Assembly (NCBI GenBank): GCA_020184695.1
Contig: JAANOX010000106.1
Span: 39,213 to 103,212 of the forward strand
Origin: Histomonas meleagridis 2922-C6/04-290x
Lineage: Eukaryota > Protista > Parabasalia
Length of the DNA stretch: 64,000 nucleotides
Direction: 5' to 3'
The position numbers and the translations under genes are program-made. Below, one piece after another: positions 21,991-30,936 of this stretch; position 1 is the stretch's first letter; every line of letters begins with the position of its first letter. Under the pieces are notes generated by a model, which was given only the letters and a program-made list of their open reading frames with translations, made no database searches and had not been told where the DNA came from.

Positions 21991-22677
21991 TTACTTTTTT
22001 TCCATTGCCTCTCTTTGGTCTCTAACAATTTGTGGAACCGCATCAAACTTATAAAAATCTGAAAAAGATGTTTGGAAGGCTTCATCACCTACTGTTATCA
22101 ACAAGTGCATTGCTGGTGTGAAGAAGTCCTGTGTTGTGGACCAAAATATTGGTGGATCTTCTCCAGGTGGAATTTTTGTTAATAGAGGCTCTTTATCTTT
22201 GCTTAATTCTGGGTTTTCTAACTCCTCTACTTGATACCCTACATTATCTAAAGCACGCATATTGATGTCAAATGTATATTGTGGGAAATTGTATAGTGCA
22301 GATAATTGAGAAAATTCATAATCACTACCACGGGTATCTTGTCCACCTTCACATAAGATTGGCGAAACAACGCGAGAGCCAGCATCTGCTTTTACACGCT
22401 TAATAAGACCTTCAACTTCATTGATTTCAGCATCCATTCCAATAAGCATATTATTCCAATCAATAAGCTGGGTCATACAGCGCTTTGAAAGGCTCATTAC
22501 ATAATCTTGAATTTGATTTAGATCTGTCTCTAATTCATTTTTGATACTTTGTGTATTAAATGGTTGGTTTGCATCAAGTTGTGCCTTTAGAGCGTCTCCA
22601 TGTTTATTAATATTTTTAGATACTTCTTCAGAGTTAGATAAAAGTTGGTCTATTCCTTCATTGTTGTTTTCGCTCAT
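21991..22677 (-). CDS. Hypothetical protein, possibly Abi (WAVE complex)-like N-terminal helical region
   Basis: ATG at 22677 (MSENNNEG). Heptad pattern DLNQIQDYVMSLSKRCMTQLIDWNNMLIGMDAEINEV loosely resembles the Abl-interactor HHR domain. The CDS is solid, the identity is weak. Confidence 0.45.
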   Translation of the reverse strand: MSENNNEGIDQLLSNSEEVSKNINKHGDALKAQLDANQPFNTQSIKNELETDLNQIQDYVMSLSKRCMTQLIDWNNMLIGMDAEINEVEGLIKRVKADAGSRVVSPILCEGGQDTRGSDYEFSQLSALYNFPQYTFDINMRALDNVGYQVEELENPELSKDKEPLLTKIPPGEDPPIFWSTTQDFFTPAMHLLITVGDEAFQTSFSDFYKFDAVPQIVRDQREAMEKK

Positions 22678-22887
22678 CTGTAAACTTCGAAAAGAGAACC
22701 GAAATAAAGTTCTGAAAATATTCAAAAGTGCTCAATGTGATTGATTTTCTTATGCAAATTATTTTTTACTGAAAATATTAAGCTTGAAACATATTTTTAT
22801 TTTCTATCAGGCTACTAATTAAATTCCTCAAGCCTTAATGTGTATATTAATAGCACATAGCTTAGATAGAATAACATTATTTATGAT

Positions 22888-23448
22888 TTATTTTGAGTCC
22901 ACATCGCTTTTTTCCCTCTGAGGCGAAGGAGATCGAGATGAATAGCTGGGTGGTGATCGGCTCCGTCGCCGATAACGTGGTGGAGAATCTCTTCTTCTTC
23001 TCGAAAATGTTCTGCTGCTTCTCCTCCTTCTTCTATCATAATCAAAATCGTCATAATCACTATAATCATCCCTTCTATGATATCTTCTTCTTCTATAATA
23101 ATCATCATAATCAGAATAATCATATTCATATCTCCTTCTCCTCCTTTCTGGTGAGTTTGATCTGCGGGAGTATCGCCTTGAAGATCTTCTATCATCACGA
23201 TCTCTTGAAATTTGATTATTTTTTGTTATTTCAATACTTAAAGTAGAGCCATCAATTTCAATACCTTGGCTTCCATCGATGGCCTTTTGAGCGGCGTCTT
23301 CTTCTTCATAATCAATAAATCCATATGATCTCCTTCCATAAGCTCTGGGAATTCTAACTTCTTTAATTGTTCCGTATGTTGAAAATTTCTCTTTTAGCAT
23401 GTCTACGCTTGCTGTCTTTGGTAAATTGTTAAGATAAATCGAAGACAT
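22888..23448 (-). CDS. SR-family splicing factor (RRM plus RS/RD domain)
   Basis: ATG at 23448. RNP2 IYLNNL, RNP1 SYGFIDY, C-terminal RS/SP repeats. Confidence 0.85.
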   Translation of the reverse strand: MSSIYLNNLPKTASVDMLKEKFSTYGTIKEVRIPRAYGRRSYGFIDYEEEDAAQKAIDGSQGIEIDGSTLSIEITKNNQISRDRDDRRSSRRYSRRSNSPERRRRRYEYDYSDYDDYYRRRRYHRRDDYSDYDDFDYDRRRRRSSRTFSRRRRDSPPRYRRRSRSPPSYSSRSPSPQREKSDVDSK

Positions 23449-23903
23449 CCAACGTAGCCTTTGAGATTGTAAAGCATTCAAAAATCATATCGTTCATACC
23501 ATTGGCATTCAAAAATATTTTTCAAAACAACCAAAAGAAATTAAAAGTGATTTGATCTGTTCCATTGAAAATTCAATACCTTATCACAGTTCAAAAAATG
23601 GGTGATACAAGCCCACATGTTCATTCGTTTTATATAATGATGCTGGTATTAATAAGATGCAAATGGGTTCAAAATAAAGAGTTTTTGTTAAGTTTTAATA
23701 GAATTTAAGAATTATATAAAATTGATGAAACACCTTTTTTTTTTCACATGCCAAAGTATAAACTGAAATAGTTAACTATTCACTTCTTTCACAAAAAGAT
23801 ATTGGCATTAGTGCTCAAGGTATTTTCTCGTTTTATTTTAATGGTTTACATTATTTCTCAAAATATCGATTAAACATCACTTATAATGGTATCTTTATAT
23901 GTT

Positions 23904-24040
23904 CACACTGAAATAGTGGCACTTCTTCTTGAACAAGGAATTAATATAAATGTTATAGATATTTATAATTTTTATTTAATACACTTTTTGACAATATGAC
24001 ATATTCAAAGAATGCTTAAAATTTCTAAAAAAAAATTCAT
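23904..24040 (+). pseudogene. Orphan ankyrin module remnant with intact 17+3 spacer periodicity
   Basis: HTEIVALLLEQGININVI-GAT is followed by four exact 17-mers with codons AAT, GAC, AAA, CAT at 23978, 23998, 24018, 24038. Confidence 0.65.
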
Positions 24041-24818
24041 AAAACATTTGTAGTTTCACTCTGAAGAATTAAATCATAATAATATTTTTCGAACCTAATT
24101 TAGTTGGCATTGTTACTAAATAAGATAATCAAAAGGAAGCTAAATCAAAAGCTTAAAGAAAATTTAATACAACTATATTGTTAATTAGCAATTTGATAAA
24201 CTTGGAAAGAATTTAAAATTTTAATTATTCAACGAAATTTTTAATCTTTTATTCTATAACTTGTTGTATACTTCTAATTTTTTTTAATTTATATGAGTAG
24301 TTAACATTAATTTGTAGTTTATATTTTTACATGATTCGATGAACCTTCGATAAAAAATAAATTTAAACGTACGAACCACATTAATATAAGAACGTTATTC
24401 CGTGAACATCTGTAAAACCAACTTCAAAAGATTGAGAAGATAAGCATAAAAAAAAGGTTGCTACATCAAACTCGAAATAATCTCATTCGAATTTAACAAT
24501 TGTGGGAAACACATAAAGTCTTTATAGAAAAAATAGATTAATCAATTCTTACAAATAGTTAAATTCCTCAATATACAAATGTATAAAAAGGGAAGCCATA
24601 CTTTATATTTTAATTAATCTCAGATCACTACAAGATTTTTGAGAAAAATTCGATTTGTTATCGTTTTTGATCTGTAGAAAATTTTTCTGGCTTTTTGGCA
24701 TTTTATTGAAAAATTTGTGCCAACAAACCTTTTTTTCAAAGCGTCGCCACACAAAACGAAATTAACGTACTATGTAGCTGCCAAAATTCTGACGTAATTT
24801 TCTGTGTTTACATTGTTG

Positions 24819-26270
24819 ATGCTGTCAAAAAGTTGGCACTTTTACAATATGAATTTCCGCAGAGAAGAAGTAGCCAACTTCTTTTTAGGAGCCGGCTCTA
24901 TAAGCGTCATTCTAGGCGCATTAGGGGCTGATGTAATGATCCAGTTCTTCATGAGCGAGAATCAGTATACAGCGTTAAAGTACGGAATTAATACCAATGT
25001 CCATAATATAGCAATTGCCTCCGTTTGCGTATCAATTGCTTCCAACGTTTTAGCAATTATTGCTATCTTTACGAATTATTGTGTTAAAAAACGTAAACTT
25101 GATGTAACGTTCAACGTGCTCAATTTTATCTTATTGATATGTCTTATCATATGTATGGGTGTTGCGATTGAATGGACAAAGTATGGTGGTTCTGTCGTAC
25201 CTCAGTATTATAATTATTACAATGATTCTGATTCATTTAAGCAATATGTTGATAATTACAGCGACTCTTCACTTGCTACTTTAGCAGAAGCTCTTGGAAT
25301 GACTTACCCAGAATTCCAGGCCAAACATCCTGATTTTTATGTATCCTATATATCACCAGATTATACACCTGTTTCTATTGGCTCATGTATGGTTGATCTT
25401 ACCAACTCCACTTTGAATTCCACCAATCCATGCACATATTCTGTTGATATTACAACATGTGTTGGTGGATGGAACAGCCGTTTATTTTCACAATATCTTT
25501 GCGAAGTCTACAACAACACAATCGAAGAAGCCTCTGACATAGCTGGAATGAGCACAGTTGAGCGCGACAAATATTATGCCGTCAAAGCCCGCGAAGATGA
25601 AACCATATATTCATTTGCCGGGTTACACTATTACGACATCATCTTTATCATTTATCTTGTTCCTGCTATTGTAGTGATTATCGTTGCATATGTCTGTGTC
25701 CTTTCATTAGAGAATTGTTGTGCAGCACGTAAATCGAAGTCGGGCAAATCTAAACCCGAATCTGACTCAGAGAATCTTTTCATAACTGATCTCGACGAGA
25801 AGGAAGATAAAAAGGACAATAAGAAGCGCGAAAAGGAAGAGAAGAAACGTGAAGCAGAGGAGAAGAAACGCGAAGAAGCAGAACGTAAGAAGCGCGAAAA
25901 GGAAGAGAAGAAACGCGAAGCAGAGGAGAAGAAGCGCGAAGCAGAAGAAAAGAAACGCGAAGAAGCAGAAAAGAAACGCCAAGAAAAAGAAGCGAAGAAG
26001 AATAAAAAGAAAGAAAGCAGCAGTAGTAGTAGTAGCAGCGATGATAACAATGGCGCTGCACCGCCACCGCCTCCACCTCCACCACCCGCAATGCCAAAGT
26101 ATAAAGAGGACCCGCAGCAACAAGAAAGTGAAACCACTGAAACACAAACGGAAAGTGACGAAGGAGATGATGATGATGACGACGATGACGATGGAATTGA
26201 AGAAGAAGGAGGTGAGGAAGAGGAAGGTGACGATGATGAATCTTCATCAAGTTCGAGCTCTTCTGATTAG
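24819..26270 (+). CDS. Four-TM (tetraspanin-like topology) membrane protein with charged ER/K tail, polyproline and acidic C-terminus
   Basis: ATG at 24819 or 24849. Three N-terminal TM helices, a Cys-containing loop of about 150 aa, a fourth TM, then EEKKREAEEKKREE repeats, PPPPPPPPP and a poly-D/E/S tail. Confidence 0.7.
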   Translation: MLSKSWHFYNMNFRREEVANFFLGAGSISVILGALGADVMIQFFMSENQYTALKYGINTNVHNIAIASVCVSIASNVLAIIAIFTNYCVKKRKLDVTFNVLNFILLICLIICMGVAIEWTKYGGSVVPQYYNYYNDSDSFKQYVDNYSDSSLATLAEALGMTYPEFQAKHPDFYVSYISPDYTPVSIGSCMVDLTNSTLNSTNPCTYSVDITTCVGGWNSRLFSQYLCEVYNNTIEEASDIAGMSTVERDKYYAVKAREDETIYSFAGLHYYDIIFIIYLVPAIVVIIVAYVCVLSLENCCAARKSKSGKSKPESDSENLFITDLDEKEDKKDNKKREKEEKKREAEEKKREEAERKKREKEEKKREAEEKKREAEEKKREEAEKKRQEKEAKKNKKKESSSSSSSSDDNNGAAPPPPPPPPPAMPKYKEDPQQQESETTETQTESDEGDDDDDDDDDGIEEEGGEEEEGDDDESSSSSSSSD

Positions 26271-26500
26271 GAATAACTAATTTAGTTTTGAGCATAAAAT
26301 TATTAGTGAAATATTACTAATAAATGATATGGCCGCTTTATATTTTGGATTATAAATAGTTTTCAAAACTACGCAATAATTTATTTTATATTTGTATTCG
26401 GACTTACTGTTGCTTACCATTGTTCTTGATTTATATATTGTGTTAATTTCTACAAAATCATTGAAATATCATTGAAGGAAATAGATTATACTTATTTACA

Positions 26501-26684
26501 ACAGAACTTATGAATGTACCTTGGAAAGGTAATATATACATATAAAATTCCTTCTCGAACAGAAGGTATTGATATTAATGCAAAAGATATTTATTTGTTT
26601 TATATCTTATTAATTTTTTTCTATTTTGGAATTTCATAAGAATATTTGGAAATTATTTAAATATTTAGAACAGCACTTATCATT
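26501..26684 (+). pseudogene. Degenerate ankyrin module, spacer and start of next module
   Basis: Frameshifted ...FLLEQ.GIDINAK, then an 84-nt spacer (26586-26669) that parses as GAT/CTT/GGA/GGA/AGA with 17, 19, 17 and 16-nt gaps, then ACAGCACTTATC (TALI). Confidence 0.6.
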
Positions 26685-26934
26685 AATTTAAGCTATATAT
26701 TTTATAAGAGTGATTCAAGCAAGAAGCAAAAATAAATATATTTCAAAAATTATTTATATGTTATTTGAATCTATTTGATTCGAAAGAAATCACATGAACA
26801 TTCTATTTGATGAGTTAATGATCGAGCAAAAGAAATATGACTTTGGGGTGCACCATCACACAGTTGTAATTTTATCGTATCTAAAAAAGTGAAATGATGA
26901 TGTGTCGACACATATCACATCACTAAATTAAAAC

Positions 26935-28003
26935 ATGTCTGAAAAATTCTGCGCTTATTCAGAGATTGAATTAGTTTCAAGGCAAAAGTTTATTGATCTC
27001 ATCAAAGAAAAAGGGTTCACAGACCCTTCGATTCAATGGACTGCAAGTATTAAAGTTGATGGAGCACAATTTTCAATTTATGTTTATCCAGATGGGAAAA
27101 TAAGATATAGTCGTAGAAATGCTTTATTAAAAGAAAATGAAGGTTTTTACAATTATCAAGAAGCAGTAAAAGCTGATAATCTTGAGCCAAAATCAGTACA
27201 AATCCGGAATATACTTATAGAGAAAGGGTTAATTACCGAAAGCTCCACAATTATTATTTGCGGTGAGTTATTTGGGGGAAGTTATAATCATCCTGATGTT
27301 CCCAAATCAAAATTTAAGGGAATTCAATCAAGGATTCAATATGCCCCTGGAATACATTTTTATTGCTTTGACATTATGATTGAGAAAGATGGTAACTTTT
27401 GTGTACATTGATGATAATATAGTAACTGAAGTTTGTAATGCCGTTCAAATGACATCTCATTATGTTGTAAAGATTGGTACATTTGATGAATGTATGGCAG
27501 TTCCTAATAATACACCTGATCCAATTGGTGTTGAATATTATGGACTTCCACCAATCGAAAACAACATCATTGAAGGAATTGTTATAAAGCCAGTCCATCC
27601 TATTGTATATGATGAACAACGAATTATTTTGAAGAACAAAAATGAAATATTCGAAGAAAAAATCAACAAGAAACACGAGAAGCCAAAGAAATCTGATCCA
27701 AAGTCAAACTTCACTGAAAAAGAATTGGAAATTTACGGAAATAAAATGGAATATGTAACAGAATCTAGAATTTGTTCAGTCGTATCAAAGATTGGAGAAA
27801 TCACAAAAAAGGACTTCATGAAACTTAGAAACGAATTCTTGAACGATGCAACTAAAGACTTCTTAAAGGATTATGGTGAAGAGATCGCTAAACTTCCTAA
27901 AAAAGAATATGACCCTGCAAAGGTCGATAAGATCTTCGCAAACGATGTTACGCAATGGATACGTCCTCATTTCGCAAAATATATGTCAGCAGCTGACAAA
28001 TAA
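26935..28003 (+). CDS. Rnl2-family RNA ligase (T4 Rnl2 / kinetoplastid REL-like), split by one extra T at 27397-27400
   Basis: Nucleotidyltransferase motifs: I KVDGAQF, III GELFGGSYNHPDVPKS, IIIa FYCFDI, IV EGIVIKP, V ILKNKN. C-domain YVTESRICSVVSKIGEITKKDF resembles T4 Rnl2. The span is 1069 nt (3n+1); deleting one T gives ...KDGNFVYIDD... and a 355-aa protein. Confidence 0.85.
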
Positions 28004-28259
28004 GTTAATAATAAATAAAACGAATGAATACCTCCTTCTTGTTATGTTCAACATTTCAGTTTCTGATGCAAAAACTGAAATGTTTTTTTTGGAATTTATA
28101 TAATATAATAACGAGTAATACAAATTTCCATTTTTTGATGATTCATAATATAGTTATTAATTCTTTTTTCTTCAATACATTTGAGAATTTCGTATTTATC
28201 TTTTTTAATATAAAACACTTCAAATAATTATGTAATGTTACTTGCAAATATTGAATATA

Positions 28260-28475
28260 CATTGACTTTGGTTGTGCTTCTTCTAAAAACATCATTTCGA
28301 TGAAATTCAGTTGATGTTTCAAATGATGAATGATTTTATTCACATAAATGATTGATTTCTTCATTTCCACCTGCCACTACTTATTGGCCTGTATTATCTA
28401 TTTTAACACCATCCATAAGTAAATATTTAAAGCAATGAACTTATGAAAAAAAAAAAAGCTGAATAATCAATTAAT
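28260..28475 (-). pseudogene. DUF3447 fragment
   Basis: LIDYSAFF..CFKYLLMDGVKIDNTGQ*VVAGGNEEINHLCE*NHSSFE, clearly homologous to loci A and B, with stops and indels. Confidence 0.7.
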
Positions 28476-28859
28476 GTTAACAGTGTGTTGAGATTGAAAA
28501 TTCAACTTGGGTGTTTTTAATAGCTGTGAGTAGGGAGTCAACTCTAAAAATGTTTAATTTTTAAAAATAAAAAACTTTCTGACAAACTATCATATATTTT
28601 TCAATGGTGTCCAAATATTTACCTGATATGCACATATACATTTTAATATTTAAGAATTAAGAAATACCATTTCCTATATAATGGTTCTTAATCCAGCGAA
28701 ATCCTTTGCGATGTCATTATAGTAATTTTACTTTTAAGATAATTAAGTACACATTGACTAATTGTATCTGTTAAAATAAGAACTTCTGCGTTATCATATA
28801 TAAACTCATCAATAACTTTGGATTCATTCAACAACATCAGAAACATAAGAATCTAAAAG

Positions 28860-29150
28860 TAAAGAAGTTTTTATTTGATGTTTTTTAAGTTCTGCATGAA
28901 GTTCATTAATATATTTCATGCAACGTGAAATAACTAAAATTTTATTTCCATATAATTCAGCAATTATCTAAAGCTGCCGAAAATTTATATTGAAAATCTT
29001 TAACAATTACATAGTATGTGTCATATCCTTCAATATCAAGGTAAGAACGAAAAATAATTTGAACAGGATCATTTACAAATTGTTTAATTACATTATATAA
29101 CTCAATATGTGCACGTTTATAACTTTTTTGTGCTTGAATCAGTTGCTACT
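28860..29150 (-). pseudogene. Possible DEAD-box (eIF4A-like) helicase remnant
   Basis: Frameshifted segments QFVNDPVQII...DIEGYDTYYVIV and KILVISRCMKYINELHAELKKHQIKTSLL resemble the inter-domain linker and motif IV region of DEAD-box helicases. Confidence 0.4.
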
Positions 29151-29265
29151 GTTCTTTTAGATATCCGATTAACCAAAAGCAAAATTTATTCTTAAATCAA
29201 ATTCATCTCGAAAACTATCAGTCCAATAATTTCAAAATATGTTTATTTATATATACAAATATTTT

Positions 29266-30717
29266 TTAAATTTTCGCGTCATATCTTTTATCATAACCCA
29301 TATTCTCAAACAGAGATGGATATCTTTCTTTATTACAGTTTAGGAACCAAGGAACAATAAATTGATTTTTACCAATTTCGTTATCCTTTAGCAAAGGGAA
29401 TCTTTCCGAATAATATGAAATTGTTCTTTTCTTATTATTATTTTCTATTTCATACAAACTCAAACCTTTTTTCATTTCTTCTCTAATTTTTATCAGCGTT
29501 GCTTCATCATATTCAGTTTGAGCTATCTGTTTAATAATTCGCGCAGGCAAATATTGATATAACGATAAATGTATTCCACCCAACAAATAATTTTTCGATT
29601 TCCCTCTCATTCGTGTTGGATAACGTTTTTGGCTTTTAGCTTGCGCAAATGTGAAAAAAGTTGGGTCACCAAGTGTATCAGGATGTCCTTTAATCGGGAA
29701 GTCGGAATAAAACTTCCTTTCCATCATTCCATGCGTAAACCATACGCCGATGTCAACAGGCCCTTTTAATTTGCATGAACGTAATAAGTGTAAGTTGTGT
29801 ATGCTACAAATTTCATCAGCATCTCCAAAACCAATAATATCATCATCATCAAAGAAATTGGTTTGCGAATTCCATTCAAGAATTCGACGCCAACGCTCTT
29901 TCTCTTGATATTCTTCATTAAACCATATGTCAAAATTATGATTTTTTTTCATTTCAGTATTATCAATAAGAAAATGGACAACTTTATCTTTAAATACAGA
30001 AAAACGTGGCGTGTTACAGACATCTTCCCAGATAAGCGGCTTAAGAGTTCCTTCATTATGAGCACGATTGGATTCGATTATAAAGATCTTGTCAACAACT
30101 GGATAAAGCTCATTTAAATGTATCTCTAAAACATCTACATCAAATCCAAGTTGAATGGCATGCGCAATCTTTGAAAATTTTGACCGCTTTTCACCTGTAA
30201 AAGCACGCGGATAAGCGGAACAATTGATATCAGAAAGATTTGGAAGAATCGGTGGCGTACACTGAGGATTAATTGGAACAGATGGCTCAAGCTCAGTAAA
30301 CTTGGAAATATCAGTATAAAACTTGGATCTAAGATCTTCTGGGAATTGGTGAAAAACATAATAACGATTCCATGGATACCCTAGTACTACTTCTGTAAGC
30401 GACCTAGGTTTTGTTTGATTTAAAGATGATAAAGTACTCCCATTAGTTTGTTGCTGAACTTTGATGATTTCGAAATTTAGTAAAGTATTTTTATCTGCTA
30501 ATTTTTGAATTAGTTGAAAGATGAAGCAAATGTGAACAAGATTAAGTATTATTAAAAAAATTTGATTTTTTGCCTTATCCTTTGTTTGCACTTTGGATAT
30601 TGGGCACCCGGGAAACCAACAATAACTTTTTGATAGAATGGCCGTTACAATTTCTCGGGCACTCCAAAACATCACCGCCACTTTTTGCTTCCTGAACCGA
30701 TCAGTGGACTGCCCCAT
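29266..30717 (-). CDS. Glycosyltransferase family 17 (GnT-III/MGAT3-like beta-1,4-GlcNAc transferase)
   Basis: DVLEIHLNELYPVVDKIFIIESN.AH...KPL, WFNEEYQ, GDADEI (DxD) and G.HLS motifs typical of GT17. An N-terminal hydrophobic segment is present. Confidence 0.8.
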   Translation of the reverse strand: MGQSTDRFRKQKVAVMFWSAREIVTAILSKSYCWFPGCPISKVQTKDKAKNQIFLIILNLVHICFIFQLIQKLADKNTLLNFEIIKVQQQTNGSTLSSLNQTKPRSLTEVVLGYPWNRYYVFHQFPEDLRSKFYTDISKFTELEPSVPINPQCTPPILPNLSDINCSAYPRAFTGEKRSKFSKIAHAIQLGFDVDVLEIHLNELYPVVDKIFIIESNRAHNEGTLKPLIWEDVCNTPRFSVFKDKVVHFLIDNTEMKKNHNFDIWFNEEYQEKERWRRILEWNSQTNFFDDDDIIGFGDADEICSIHNLHLLRSCKLKGPVDIGVWFTHGMMERKFYSDFPIKGHPDTLGDPTFFTFAQAKSQKRYPTRMRGKSKNYLLGGIHLSLYQYLPARIIKQIAQTEYDEATLIKIREEMKKGLSLYEIENNNKKRTISYYSERFPLLKDNEIGKNQFIVPWFLNCNKERYPSLFENMGYDKRYDAKI

Positions 30718-30936
30718 TAACCGCTGTCAGAATTTGTTCTTTCAATTCATTCGGTTTGATACAAAAAGTTCTCTTGTGATTTTGGTGTTTTCTTGAAATA
30801 GAAACAAAATGGTTTCGTGGATGTAGCACTTATTATTACATTTTTTAATGCTTCAGAAATGAAAAGTTTCTTGTAGCTATTAAAAAAGAAATTTTCAGAT
30901 GCATTGAAATATATTTATTTCCCAAATGTAATTTGG

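Noticed and set aside
25652-26295. Overlapping antisense/alternative-frame ORFs over the charged tail (likewise 19762..20068, 22881..23246, 45036..45396, 46275..46553)
   Set aside because: Shadow ORFs of low-complexity coding sequence.
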